A stretch of 64,000 bases of DNA from Rhizophagus irregularis (Eukaryota). Below are positions 37,790-51,000 of the stretch, one piece after another. The stretch is from assembly GCF_026210795.1 (NCBI RefSeq), contig NC_089434.1, forward strand, positions 868,001-932,000. The letters are read 5' to 3'. How positions within the stretch are numbered: the first letter of the stretch is position 1; every line of letters begins with the position of its first letter. Both the position numbers and the translations under genes were made by a program. The notes beneath the pieces are model-generated. The model saw only the letters and a list, made by a program, of their open reading frames with translations. It did not search any database and had not been told where the DNA came from.

Positions 37790-40250
37790 GGCCATTTTTG
37801 ACTTTTACATTATACCATTTTGGCCAGCAGAAAGCCATAATCATCATTAAATCTGCATTATGGTAATGACTACCATTATCAGACATTATAATAACAGATT
37901 CTGGTTGTGAATCTAATGTTTCAAGAATAGCATGTAAGGAAGAGGCTGTAAACCAAAAATCTTGTCGGGTATCTGGAGACTAGTGGTCAAATGCTTAAAC
38001 TTGAAGTTTGGTTGAATTAGGTATTGTTATTGTATATACTAAAACAGAATGTAATGACCAGCCCTTTTTGCCAAACCAATCACTTTTTGTCTTCCAAACA
38101 GTTTTTGGCAAAATTTTTATTTTGTAATCAACAAGAATAAGAGCAGTCTTTTCGTTTAATGCTAACAAATTGGCATTAAATTGGGCACTTTTCTTGTTTG
38201 ATGTGTGAGATAATATAACAAATGTTCCTTCATATCTTGAAGATCATTATAATTTGTTTCATTACTATGAGTTTCAATATCAGCAAAAAAGTTGAAGAAT
38301 TCTTGGCATTTATTACATGTAAATGTGTGAGATTCTGTGCACTGGTTAAAAGCATAAAGTAAACAATGGTTTATACATAGATCATGGAAAGCAATGCCAT
38401 TTGAAGTTACATGAAAATGTTGCTTATAATCACATTTCAAGAATCTTTTCAGATTTTCACAATGTGCTAATAATTGTTTCCAATGTTAAAAAGATAGAGA
38501 TCTTATAATTAGTATTTCGTATTTAAAGTTCAATAAATCAAATAAATAAATACCTGTATAAAAGATTGCATAATATACTTGTTAATATATTCAGTAAAGA
38601 TCTGAAAAAATTTCATATCCATATTTTTGACAAGTTAAACACAATCCACCTAAATTTTCATGATAAATATATTTATTTCCTTCTAGCTTAGTGAAAAATG
38701 TAGTTCGTTGAACTCCATCAGGATATTGTTCATGATATTTTTTCCAAAGTGCAGTTTTTGTTTGCTTGAGATAATGCACAGGTTCATTAGTTGTTATGTC
38801 TGTTTTATATGAACTCATTACAACATTTGCTTTATCCATTAAAAAAGCCTGCAATTGTTCTTGCATTTCAATTGATAGTTTTTCACGTGTTATTACAGGT
38901 TTATCCCAAACTTGGCCACCAACACCATGTACATGAGCATGATTTAGGTAATTATAAAACTTGTAGTGTATGCTTAACGTTGTATGTATTGTATGCTTAT
39001 GTATGCTTTGATTGTGCCCATACATGTATGGATATTAAAAATGATGTATGGTATACTTATTTTTGCCATACATAATATTAGAATTTACAAAAAAAAATTT
39101 AAGTATTTTTATTATAAATAAAATAACTGTTCCTTATATTCATAGATGATGACTCAAGGAATTAAATTTCATTTTCAGATATAGTTTTGTCATTAGGAAT
39201 AGTAAAGAATAACAGGATTTACTTTAGATATAGTAATAAACGTAATAGAAATATTTTAAATGAAAGAAAGAGAAGATTGTAGTAATAAAACCACGTAGAA
39301 ATATTTATATTTGTTTTTTTTAAATGAAAAATTATAGTAATAAACATGGTAAAAATATTTATTTTTAAATAAAAAGAAAATATTATAATAATACGCGTTG
39401 AATTGTTTTAGCCAGTACATGAAAAATGTGTAAATAGTTAAATTTGGTAATAAAAAGTGTAGCAAGAAGGCAAAAGTATTGGACTTGACCCACGATATGG
39501 TGCTAAGAAGTTATCCTTAAATCAAATAATACATGAAATTACCACATTTATCATACAATACATACATAATTGGAAAAAGACTATACATACATTAAAAAGT
39601 TTTGATAATACAATACATACAAAGCTAACCATACAATACATATTTGCTATATACCCGCATGATTTTGTGCATAACGAATTGCATCATTTGATACCTAAAA
39701 ATTGATATTAGAAATTATTAACAATCAACTAGCCAGTTAATGTAATTTCAATTTACATTCAATTGACTTTTGATTTCATCGTAAGTAAATTTTTTAGCGA
39801 TAATTGATAAAATACGAGATTTTCCATCAAATCCATTTTTGTTAATATGCATTGCCTCCTGAAATGAATCCCAAAAGATCTGAGTTTTATTTTGAAAATG
39901 AATGGGAATTGGATTAATAAATCCTTGTTTGTATAGTATTTTCAGATTTTCTTAATTAATTGTAGGAGTAGGAGATCTAGACCAAAACTCACACTAAAAT
40001 AAAACAAAAATTAATTAATGTTCACTAATTATTCAGTTATTTTTACCAATTTACTAACCTCTGACTGTTCCTTATTAAAAGGAGTAACCTTCCAATTATA
40101 TATGGATGAGCCCATTTGGTACAAATTTATACAAAAACTATTTACTGGGATGATGAATTTAAGGGCTCATTGTAAAAATTTATATTAGTACATATCGTTG
40201 TGAATCATAAATTTTAAACATTGATACAGTTTAGTCAATTTCATCAAACA
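37790..40250 (-). pseudogene. Decayed intron-containing DD(E/D)-type transposase (possibly Sola-like)
   Basis: Fragments FWDSF..NKNGFDGKSRILSIIA, VVMSSYKTD..PVHYLK, GGLCLTCQKYGY, CINHCLLYAF..C..H..C..C, ILVDYKIKILPK..DWFGKKGWSLH and IMSDNGSHYHN, with stops and frameshifts. 3' part missing, next to (CGGT)-rich repeats at 37610-37730. Confidence 0.6.
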
Positions 40251-40540
40251 ATTTATATTTATGTCAAAAGAACATATTATAGACTACTGAATTGACTTTG
40301 ATTTTAAATTTTATAAGTATTGCATAAAGAAATAAATTTATTTAAAGTTAATTTATATGATAACTAAATTGAATGAATAATTTAAATTACAAACTAAGAA
40401 ACATTGCTAAGTATTTTATCTTGCTACTCTAATCTCAGTGTTTAAACTATTCAGAAAAAAATATAAAAATATAAAATAAATTCAAAGAAACCAAAATCTA
40501 TAAAAATTTAGTAATTTAACATCATATAAAATTTAAAATA

Positions 40541-42639
40541 TTAAATACTATCAGGAATTTCCGATTCATCTTGTTCTTCTGAATGAAGATTTGGATTATT
40601 ATGTATTTCATTTTCGTCTGTAAGATAAATAAATTAGAAATTATGATATTATTGAATTGATATGATTTGATATGTAAATACCTTTAAGATTGATATTCTT
40701 AATCTGTTGTTGCATTGTTTCAATTTCATGATCATTTTGAGCGTCTTTACTATTAGCTAAAAAAGTTTAAGATATAAATTAATACCTTATTTGTAATTTT
40801 AAAAGATCTAATATTAGTAAAATTAGTACCTTTAATAATACTACTCATTTTTGATGTACTATTATTTTTCCAATAACTTGAATTATTAAAATCATCAACT
40901 ATAAAGCAAAATTCAATTAGTAAAAATGATTAGTGAATATCATATCATAATAGACACTTACTATTATCAGGAATTTGAAAGACATCATATGATTTACTAT
41001 AAAATGCTACAAAGAACTAAAATCATTAGATATTATAAGTAAATAACTTTCAAATAAAAATTGTTCATTCATACCTTCTTGTTCTTCTATTATAATTGAG
41101 AATTTGAAAAAATATAAATTTTACAATATTAATACATTTTAAATTTTATAAATAATGTTAAGTATATGATAATTAATACCTTCTGTTGCATTTTTCGGTT
41201 CAGGAAAAAATCCAAATTGATGAACTTTACTTGTAGATAATTTGCTACTTGCGTAGTTTGTTTTAAAACTACTTGTTTTATTTGTTTCAAAATTTTTATT
41301 TATTTCCAATTGAGTTGGTTCATTTGATTTTTTTTGATAATATAAATTAATTTCTCTCAATTTAATATGCAGTGTATGAGCATCAGGTCTTTTTAATGGA
41401 TCAGCATCCCAACATTGTTTCATTAAACTTTCATATTCTAAAGGAGTTCCTGATACTATTCTTGGTCTTATACCATTAATAATATTCAATATAAGATCAT
41501 AATCATGTTTGCAATTAAAAAATGGTGGTTGTCCAGATGAAATTTCCCACATAAGCATAGCAAAACTATAAATATCAGATGCTTTTGTAGCCTGTTTTCC
41601 AGCTATAACCTCAGGTGCTATATAAGGAAGATTTCCATATATACTTTTTAATGGTTTATCTGCAGGGCCACAAAATCCAAGATCACTAATAAAGAACCTA
41701 TAACTTCTTGCAGAATGTAATATGTTTCCAGAATGTAAATCTCTATGAATTGCATTCTCTTTATGAATATCATCAAGTGCATAAATTATACGAACAGCAA
41801 TTTGAATCCTTTCTTTCCATGTAAGTTGATTAAGATTTTGCTGTAAATATTCTCTTAAATTTACATCCATTTCATTTAATACAAGCATGAAATTTCCATT
41901 TGATGGATCTTGTGTTAAGCCATAACAGTTAACAATAAGTGGCCATTTATTGCTTATAGTTAAGTGTGATTTAGCCTATAAAAAAAAACAATTTTTAAAA
42001 AAAATTTATATTAAGGACTTTCTAATTATACATTTTTGAAATACAAACCTCTTCAAACCAACTTTGATTTGCATTTTCAACATTTTCTAATTTTTTAAGT
42101 ATTACTTTTTGTTTTCCAAATCTTTTTAATTGTTGTTTTTTAGAATTCCATTCAATATAATATCCATCAATCCAACTTGCTGTATAAATTTTAGAGAATC
42201 CACCTTCTGTTAGGTATTCAAGATTTTGTAAATTATTATATGGTATCCATTCAATTATTTGTTTCGGGATGAGTGTTTCTGATTGACATTTTTGTATTAA
42301 ATTATCAATATTATCATTTCCAGACGTCCAATTTGAAAAATTTGCTTTTAAATAATTTCGAACACAATATTCACAAAATAATGTAGCTAAACATTCTTGA
42401 TTACAATTCTCACAAATTCTTTTTGTTCCTGAATTATTAAAAACTTTATCTCTGTCATAAGTTTCAGTTATTTTTTTTATTGCTTCAGTTTTTTCATCTA
42501 CTGTAAGAGAATTATCAGCAAGAAGTGTTTGTTTTTTAAATTCAAAATGTTTATGTATATTATTATGAATAGCAGTATCTATTAATGAAAATGCTCTATT
42601 AATTGCTGCATTAACTACTTCTTTTCGAATATTAGACAT
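40541..42639 (-). CDS. TKL-family protein kinase with an N-terminal CxxC/CxxC region (expanded Glomeromycota family)
   Basis: Exon1 42639-42049 (CENC..CEYC, EGGFSKIY, VILK), exon2 41975-41180 (HRDLHSGN, DLG, YIAPE, DIYSFAM), then about 5 small exons (EEQE; FYSKSYDVFQIPD; ...NPNLHSEEQDESEIPDSI*). The 3' end is approximate. Confidence 0.9.
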
Positions 42640-43247
42640 AATGTAATCTTATATTATCTTTTTACAAACTAAGAAATTTGTAGAAAAAGAAGGTTCAGTT
42701 TCGTGATCGACATTTTATTAACTTTGATTAAATAAGCAGTTAGGTGTAACAAAATATTACGCCATGGCAGATCAATGACCACTATATCGAGATTTATTAA
42801 AAACAATTGTAAATTTATTAAGTTTTTTCAGTAGTTATATATTTTTTCTCGATATTTTTCTTGAACATTACAAAAATTGCACTCTTTCATTATAAATTTA
42901 CGTTTTGTTCTTTAAAACATCATCATATAGGAAAGAAATATTGTCGACTAAAAATTTTTTTATAAAAGTCACCGGAAATGTCACATGCAGATCATTTTCA
43001 TATTAACCAATTTTGTGCAACATTAATCGGTATGGCATTTACTTCGCCCATTTTTATTATGTAATAGAATGGTTTGTTTAGGCTGTTCCAAGTTGATTCT
43101 TCGTTTAACATAACCCCCCCCTATTTTAGCAAATTTAAGACGAATATTATACATTATACGTGACCAATAGAATTGCGACATTTCAGTCATGTGATGATAT
43201 TTTATTGATTATTTTATATATCAGTGATAATGTACTTTTTTAAAGAA

Positions 43248-46200
43248 TCGTGATCAAATCAATCAGATCGCTAAATCAAATGATCACGATATAATTTTAA
43301 GACATTATATTACAAAAGAAATTTTTTATGCACAAAAAACTGAAATTTACAAATTATATAATCATTTAAAACAAAAGAAGGATGACTTATTATCACAATG
43401 GAAAGTAGAAAGAATTGACCATTTCATTAACCAAAGAAACTTTGATCTATCTACCAATCAAACAAGAATGATCAATTCCATATTACAGCGTAAACCTAGA
43501 CAAATCACTTTGGATCGGCTTATTTTTAAAGATGATAACGATCAAATTATATTTACTAACAATCCAAAAATTATACAAAAAGAAGCCATCAAACACTATC
43601 AAAATATAGGAAAACACGAAAACCCATTGATTTATAATTCGTTTAACGACTTACCAACGCCGTGGCGCGACATTTACGATCCTAGTAACAACTCCATAAA
43701 TAACAATTGCTGGATTTTGCTCCAACAAAAAATAGAGGTTACTGATGTAATGAATATCCTTAAAAATTCCCCTACAAACAAGGCCCCTGGTCCATCACAA
43801 ATCACCTACGAAGATTTGAAACATCTCCATCCAGATGTGCTCGCACTTTTAACTCTTATTTTTAATCTATGTATTCACTTAGATACAATACCATCAAAAT
43901 GGCGTGATGCTTTACTATTCCCTATACCAAAACCACATGATTGGGATAGTAATCTCACAAACACTCGTCCAATTACGCTCTTAGAAACTCCTAGAAAACT
44001 GATGGTTTCAGTTTTTTCGCAAAGATTAAATCAAACACTAGCAAAATACAACATCCTACAGTTCAATAATCGAGCTGGCATTCTAGGTCAATCATGCTTA
44101 GAACCACTTTTCCAAATCCAACATTTAATCGAACATGCAAGAATATACAAAAACCCATTATGGATAGCAATACAAGACCTATCAAAAGCTTATGATAGAG
44201 TAGATATAGCGCTATTACAACTAGCACTACAACATATTAAAATTCCTGCAAAAATCATAACTTTTATTATCAATTTATTTTCTAATAGATATAATTCTAT
44301 CATCCTACCAAATGGTAATTTAGCACCATATAAGGTCTTACAAGGTATAGATCAAGGTGAAGTTATATCACCGCTACTATGGAATATTTACTACGACCCC
44401 CTATTCAGTCACATCAACAAACAATCAGACCTAGCGTATAAATGTGACACAATAAAAATTAAAAATATATACCAAAAACATTTAGATATTACTCATAGTT
44501 ATGAGTTATCATTAGTAGGATACCTTGATGACACCACTTGGTTCAGTCCATCTTTAGAAAAACTAGAATTGAAACTAGATATTGCACATTCATTTTATGA
44601 CATGGCAAAGATCAAAGTGAATATTGACAAATATAAGATTCTAACGAATCAAAAATTAGCTAATAACATCAAAAGTACTCAACTTACGATCAATGGACGA
44701 CAAACGGATGTAGCTATAGTTCCCAAATATAAGGGCACGAGAATTTTAGGTTTATACATTAATCCTTTAGATAGACATCATCAAACTCTAACTAAAGCAC
44801 GCTCTATCATCATGGCTCACGTTATCACAATGAGAAACAAAAAAATCACACATTCACACGGCATATATATTATTAATAGAGTTATATTTCCGAAGTTGGA
44901 ATATCTTTTCCAACATACTATTTTAAATTACACACAGGCTCAAAAACTAGTGGCACCACTTAAAAAATTGTTCAAAATTTTTTTTTCGTTACCGCTAAAT
45001 ACGGCGGATAACATTATTTATAATAATATGTTTCCCCATATCGATAATTTACTGGATCTATTAGTTAAGTCACAAACTAATTCATTATTGGCCTTATTCA
45101 ATACTGATACTTTAAGACCGATAGCAATACAAAAATTGGATATATTAACACAAGAATTATGGTACCCGGGTATACCTCAAGATATTAATAAATATATAGA
45201 AAAAATTTCAACACCTAGTTATTTATCAAAAAGTCTAGCGTTGATAGAACAATATCAAATTCACCTAGACCTTACTGTTAGTTATGGTATCATGGGAGGA
45301 TATACACCTATAGTGGATTATCTACCGAACTTATCGTCAAATGATTATAAATCTTTACGTAATAAACGAATAATGTATCTCGACCAACTTGTTTCGCCTG
45401 ATGGCAACTACCTTTTAACTTGGAATGAAGTTAAAAGACTTAACAACAACAACTTTAAAGAACCTAAACCAAAGTGGTTTAATCTATTAGAAAATGATTT
45501 CACTTTAAGTAATTACCGTATGTTAACGTACCCGCTCACTGACAATTACTCCATTCCTACGCGTTTACAAAATATCCCGGAACTTTCATTAGGTAGTCAT
45601 AAAAAATATAATGAATGGACATACCATTGGAATGCTAGTATACAAAATTGTGTTATTGGAAAAACATATCTACAAGATACTGAAACACATAGTTCTATTA
45701 GTACTATGGAACATTATATACCTATCAATAACTCCTTATTAGTGAATGATCCCTCCTTTCAATCATCACGATCATCACCTTTAATTTTAATCCCTTGTAT
45801 GGGTTGCCATTTAAACGATTATAGTTTAGTCTTGCAAGACGCACGTATTAAATGTACAATTTCTATTCGTATAAATCGTTTATCAGTTTTTAATATATTT
45901 CACCATTCAAATCAAGTACATAAAAGATATGCAAACCTCCTTTTGAAAAAATATTTTGTTAGTACCAAACCATTACATTTTATTAGATACAGCGCACATA
46001 GTATATATTTAGCTCAACATAATATTAATACTATCACTCCTGTTCACACATCATTGTCCGCTAATTCACAAACATCTGATAATGATGATATCATTAAACA
46101 ATTAACTTTACCCATACAATCTGCCCTTTTATGTAAAGACTTCATCAAATCATCCCTTATAGACATAGCTAAAAAATTCTTACCCTTTACTAACTTTGAA

Positions 46201-47961
46201 TTTTATTCAGATGGTTCCGTTTCCAATATAGGTACAATCAACAGTAAATCTGGTTTTGGATGGCTACAAACCAACCCATCAATACCACAATTATCTTTTA
46301 ATGGTTCAACTATATTTTTTCCTTCCTCGTTTAAGAGTGAAAGTTTAGCTATTTTAACAATTTTATTAGTTTTACCTTTTCATGCCACCTGTCATATATA
46401 TACAGATTCACAAAATTGTATAGATATTTTTAATCAAAAATTACTTTCACCTACTATTAGTCCACGTCGTAGACTCAAACAAAACAATTTTTTAATTTGG
46501 GATTTTATCTTTTGGTTAATTTCCCATCACCACTTAACGGTACACCTCGTTAAAGTCAAAGGACACAGTAACAACAAAGGCAATGATCAAGCTGACGCTC
46601 TAGCTAAAAAAGGTCGAATATCGGATGACCCGATACTGATAAACCACAAATTCTTTCAACAAAGCTCGTTGGCTTTATTCAATTATAACCATATATATAT
46701 AATCGACCGCAACATACGAAAATGGAGTGATACACCTATTCAATCGCGAATTTTTAACATGGCCGTGAACAATAGTTCATTGTCTCCTATTAATCATCAA
46801 ATTACACATGGAGATATAGATTGGCATTATACCAAACAATGGATCAATTTTAATCCAACGGATACACCTACATCAACGAAATTACGAAATATTAAATCGT
46901 CTAAAATTAAAAAATCTACTTTCAACCACCCTACTGGTAATATACTACAACGCAATTATCCAGATCTTTACCCTCTTGGACGAATTAATTGTACTGAATG
47001 TTCTTTCGATGAAGACACTAATTCACATATAGGCTTATGCCCTGCTCATCGAAGCGCCATCGAACCACTTTTATCAAAATTCAAACAAAAATTAATTGAC
47101 CTCATTAAGGACGAACATACTAGCAGCTTCTCATTCGATATTGAATGTAGAATCAATAATTCAAACATGTTCAAGTTACTTCCCAACATTTTAGACACAG
47201 CACGGCAGGCTGATCCTACTACTTTGATCCGTATTCCGCGCGAACAACCGTGGATTTTATTACTGCATCATTTGATCCCTCGAGATCTTGCAGTATTTTT
47301 CGATAATTATTTTAGTAAAAAGAATGAACGATCACGATTTTTAATTCGATTTGTATCTGAATTTATTTCTGAATTAACTACCATAACCTGGTCATCACAT
47401 TCCCGCTCATTTAAACGGTGGGAAAAAAGCCTGGATATCACGCTTAAAAAGAAGAAAAATTACCGAAAGAATAAATCACCTTCTCGCCTACAACCACCTT
47501 TATCAGCAGATGAGACGCCTCTTATAGCTCCATTTCAACGCCGCCGCCAATATACTCGTTACTACCATAATAAAGTCCTACCTTATTTTAAACAATTAGT
47601 CAATATTGACGTGTCCGCTTGTATAAGATGGACGACTTGTAATTTTCTACATAGTGGTACTTGGGAGTCATATAGAGACAGTTTCTTGTTTAATTTAGAC
47701 CAGTTTTCACCTATTCAATCCTTGTTAGACTCATATAATCCACCTAGAACTTAGTCCTTCAGTCTGTTCTTTGGTTTCTTTGGGATTGGTGTCGCAATTG
47801 GGACCCACCCTTGTTTCTTTTTTTGTACCAGAGTGACGCCATCCTCGGGCGGTTTGATTATAGCATAGTATTAGATAGCGTTTGACTTTTGTTTTATCTT
47901 TTGTTCTTGTCTATCTTTCTGTAATCTAGTTCACGTGGATTTAAAAATAAAAAATAAAAAA
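43248..47961 (+). mobile_element. 5'-truncated non-LTR retrotransposon (LINE) with RT and RNase H
   Basis: Perfect 15-bp TSD TACTTTTTTAAAGAA at 43233-43247 and 47962-47976. (TAAAAA[A])3 tail. The reading frame is already open at the 5' junction. Confidence 0.93.
43249..47754 (+). CDS. LINE ORF2 (5'-truncated): reverse transcriptase, RNase H, CCHC knuckle
   Basis: KAPGPSQI, RPITLL, DLSKAYDRV, QGEVISP and YLDD (RT). FYSDGS..E..YTDSQ..KVKGH..GNDQADALAK (RNase H). CTEC.8.H.3.C. The frame is open for 73 codons upstream of ATG 43468 and no endonuclease domain is present. Confidence 0.93.
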   Translation, partial: RDQINQIAKSNDHDIILRHYITKEIFYAQKTEIYKLYNHLKQKKDDLLSQWKVERIDHFINQRNFDLSTNQTRMINSILQRKPRQITLDRLIFKDDNDQIIFTNNPKIIQKEAIKHYQNIGKHENPLIYNSFNDLPTPWRDIYDPSNNSINNNCWILLQQKIEVTDVMNILKNSPTNKAPGPSQITYEDLKHLHPDVLALLTLIFNLCIHLDTIPSKWRDALLFPIPKPHDWDSNLTNTRPITLLETPRKLMVSVFSQRLNQTLAKYNILQFNNRAGILGQSCLEPLFQIQHLIEHARIYKNPLWIAIQDLSKAYDRVDIALLQLALQHIKIPAKIITFIINLFSNRYNSIILPNGNLAPYKVLQGIDQGEVISPLLWNIYYDPLFSHINKQSDLAYKCDTIKIKNIYQKHLDITHSYELSLVGYLDDTTWFSPSLEKLELKLDIAHSFYDMAKIKVNIDKYKILTNQKLANNIKSTQLTINGRQTDVAIVPKYKGTRILGLYINPLDRHHQTLTKARSIIMAHVITMRNKKITHSHGIYIINRVIFPKLEYLFQHTILNYTQAQKLVAPLKKLFKIFFSLPLNTADNIIYNNMFPHIDNLLDLLVKSQTNSLLALFNTDTLRPIAIQKLDILTQELWYPGIPQDINKYIEKISTPSYLSKSLALIEQYQIHLDLTVSYGIMGGYTPIVDYLPNLSSNDYKSLRNKRIMYLDQLVSPDGNYLLTWNEVKRLNNNNFKEPKPKWFNLLENDFTLSNYRMLTYPLTDNYSIPTRLQNIPELSLGSHKKYNEWTYHWNASIQNCVIGKTYLQDTETHSSISTMEHYIPINNSLLVNDPSFQSSRSSPLILIPCMGCHLNDYSLVLQDARIKCTISIRINRLSVFNIFHHSNQVHKRYANLLLKKYFVSTKPLHFIRYSAHSIYLAQHNINTITPVHTSLSANSQTSDNDDIIKQLTLPIQSALLCKDFIKSSLIDIAKKFLPFTNFEFYSDGSVSNIGTINSKSGFGWLQTNPSIPQLSFNGSTIFFPSSFKSESLAILTILLVLPFHATCHIYTDSQNCIDIFNQKLLSPTISPRRRLKQNNFLIWDFIFWLISHHHLTVHLVKVKGHSNNKGNDQADALAKKGRISDDPILINHKFFQQSSLALFNYNHIYIIDRNIRKWSDTPIQSRIFNMAVNNSSLSPINHQITHGDIDWHYTKQWINFNPTDTPTSTKLRNIKSSKIKKSTFNHPTGNILQRNYPDLYPLGRINCTECSFDEDTNSHIGLCPAHRSAIEPLLSKFKQKLIDLIKDEHTSSFSFDIECRINNSNMFKLLPNILDTARQADPTTLIRIPREQPWILLLHHLIPRDLAVFFDNYFSKKNERSRFLIRFVSEFISELTTITWSSHSRSFKRWEKSLDITLKKKKNYRKNKSPSRLQPPLSADETPLIAPFQRRRQYTRYYHNKVLPYFKQLVNIDVSACIRWTTCNFLHSGTWESYRDSFLFNLDQFSPIQSLLDSYNPPRT

Positions 47962-48099
47962 TACTTTTTTAAAGAAAGCCCCTCGTGATATTTACAAAAT
48001 AGATATAGATCTACAAAATTTAAATATATTTTCGCGATTTTTTATGTAAAACGCGGATGCTTTTAATTAGTCTTTTACAGTAAAATATTTGTGCAAAAT

Positions 48100-51000
48100 A
48101 TGCTTTATCTTTTGGTTCAAGTTAATGAAAGTATTAAGTGTGTTATTTCTGAACGTGTAGTGAGTATAGAAGCCATAGATAATAAATTTTCTGACCTTTT
48201 TGATGCAATAACATTAGGACAATATAACGATAGGGAGGTTAAAGTTTTTATTAGACAAGAAAAGTCTGAAAACTGGCGAAAAGTTGATAATGGACTAAAA
48301 GGAGACTTAAAAATACTAGAAGTTTTAGGGTTTTTGCGAGTTAAATTTTGTTTTGTTGAGTCAAATTTAAATACACAAGATATTCCTATTCCGACTCAAA
48401 ATAGAGAAAGTGCTTTTAGCATTTTAATGCAAAATTCAAGAAAACTTTTACTTCCTCAACGTATTACTGAATATAATAATTGTGATCGACTTTATAATGA
48501 AATTATCGAACTTCTTCAAGATCTAAAAGTTGGCTGGATGGGTGGTGTGCACGATACGATTGGCAAAATATTTGTAAATCGTATTAAGGATGCAATCTGG
48601 TATATTGATCCACATCACTCCACATTAAATGCACGTTCATGTCACTTGCCTATCCTTTTCACACAACTGAAAACCTATCAAGATGGTGATACATATAACC
48701 AATATTACCATTCCGGTCATCATAAAAAAATTCAATTGTCACAACATAAACTTCTTCAACTTTCAAGTTTTCTTGGATTATCTATTAGTCAACCATGGGC
48801 AAGTAATGATATATGGAATCAAGTAGTTCCAGCAATTCTTTCGCTAATTGGAATTCTGGAAAAATATGTTCAGTATCTAAATGAAGCTACTATTATTATG
48901 ACCAAGCATCACCATTGTGATGAAAGTGCTCGCAGTCCTGAAAATAACTGTATTATGTATCGGACTGCTGCTTGTAAACGTGATAACCTCAAAGATAAAT
49001 ATAAACAACTGAACAATCTTTTATTTGAAAAACAAGTTTATGAACATGTTAACATTCAGCAATATCTTCCAAATGATGTTATGAAAAGATACCGATTTAT
49101 AAAAGAATTGCAGCTCATGTTTCCAATAGGCATATATAGGTTCAAATATAAATCTATAACATTATATTAATTTATTTACATTATAAATTTATATAATAAT
49201 TATTTATCATTTTTAGGTATCATCAAGGCAGTCATTTGGGAACCATTAATTTTGTATGGAAAATTCCAGAAGCTGAAGAATTTAATGATGAACAAAATGA
49301 AACGTTGAAAGCACGAATGCTTGCTAGGATTCACGAAGGTTTACCTCATTATTTTACACGACAAATGCAAAAGAATGTGCTTAATAAGGTAAAAATAATG
49401 CAATAGATGTTTAACAAATATATTATTTTATCTCACTCATAATAATTTTTATAGTATTCGTACATTCAGAAAGTTACACCAGCTGTACTACGTATGCTTC
49501 ATTTTGATCTCACTGGTAATGCTGCCGTATCTTCAAATTCTATCAGTCGTGAAGTAGAAGAGAGATTACGATTGATGTTAACTTTGGCAGATCCCACCAT
49601 TATATCTGATTTGCGAACAAATAATGGTTTTGATGGAACAAAATTTAATATATTTTGGGATGAAACAGAAGCATATTTCAATGAACAGGTTGGACTTTCT
49701 ATTGTTTAATTTGTTATAAAGTGTTCTAATTCACTAAAAATAATAAAATTATTTTATTTGGAATTAATAATAGAACTTGCTTGCAGTAGATGAACGGAGA
49801 CATGAAACTATTCTATACATGCCATTAGCCTTATCTGTTCGTGATCTTCGTGAAATAATAATGGAAAAATTATATATCATCCATGGTAATCCTCTTCCTT
49901 TTACTATTCATATTCCATCAGAAGAATGGATCCGCCTACAGTTTTGCCCTACAAATGCTATTGCAACACGATCTATACATCACACTGGTCGATTCAACGT
50001 AAAATTTAAGGTACAAGGTCGGTTGCTTCGGAAAAATAGTGATGATGCACATTATTGTGCAGCATTTTTCCGGTATCTTAGAGAATTTTGCATTAAGTAC
50101 CATCAGTGGACTTGTTTGATTTCTGCAGATGACAAACATAAAGTTCCTATTGGAGAAGATATTGCAGTTTCTACAGGTGTACGAAACCGGCGCTCTATGG
50201 TGGATCAAAATAGTACATTGGCTGCTGCAGATCATGACTTCACAAAGCTATCTTTAACACCATCAGTTACGTTTTTCATATCAATCCCTGAGGATATTTT
50301 TGGATCATTTTATGATGGTCAAGTTTTTGTATCTTATAAAGATACAACCTTTGAGCCAAGTTCTGCCATCAGACATTCAACTGAGTTTTTAAATGCGCTT
50401 AATATCCAATATGAACATCAAGTAACGCCACCAATACTATGCCTTTATACTGATGGAGGGCCGGATCATCGATGCAATTATGGATCTGTGCAGATTGCAT
50501 TGATTGCTCTTTTTCTACAGGGGGATTTTGACATGCTCATTGCAGTTCGCACTGCGCCCAATCATAGCTGGACAAATCCAGCTGAACGTATTATGAGTAT
50601 CTTGAATTTGGGTTTACAAGGTGTAGCACTTAAGCGTAATCAGATGAGTCCTGAATCCGAAGCTTTGTTTGAAACGGCAAATACCTTAGATGATATACGT
50701 AAAAAGGCTCAAGAATTTAATGAATTAAATTCTGAATTAATAGAGAGTATAGCAAATATTCAAGACATGTTAAATAATCGAACAGAACGGCTAGTATTAA
50801 AAGATAAGAAATTCAAATGTCATGGATCAGCAAGTGAAGAAACAATTACTAAATTATTTGAGGTAATAATCAATTTCGTATGATAATAAATATTATTATT
50901 GAATTAAACTTTTATAACCACAAAATTTAATACTATATACACCATGAAATTCTATCTGTTGAAATGCAAATTGATATTAATATTATTTATTATTTTGAGA

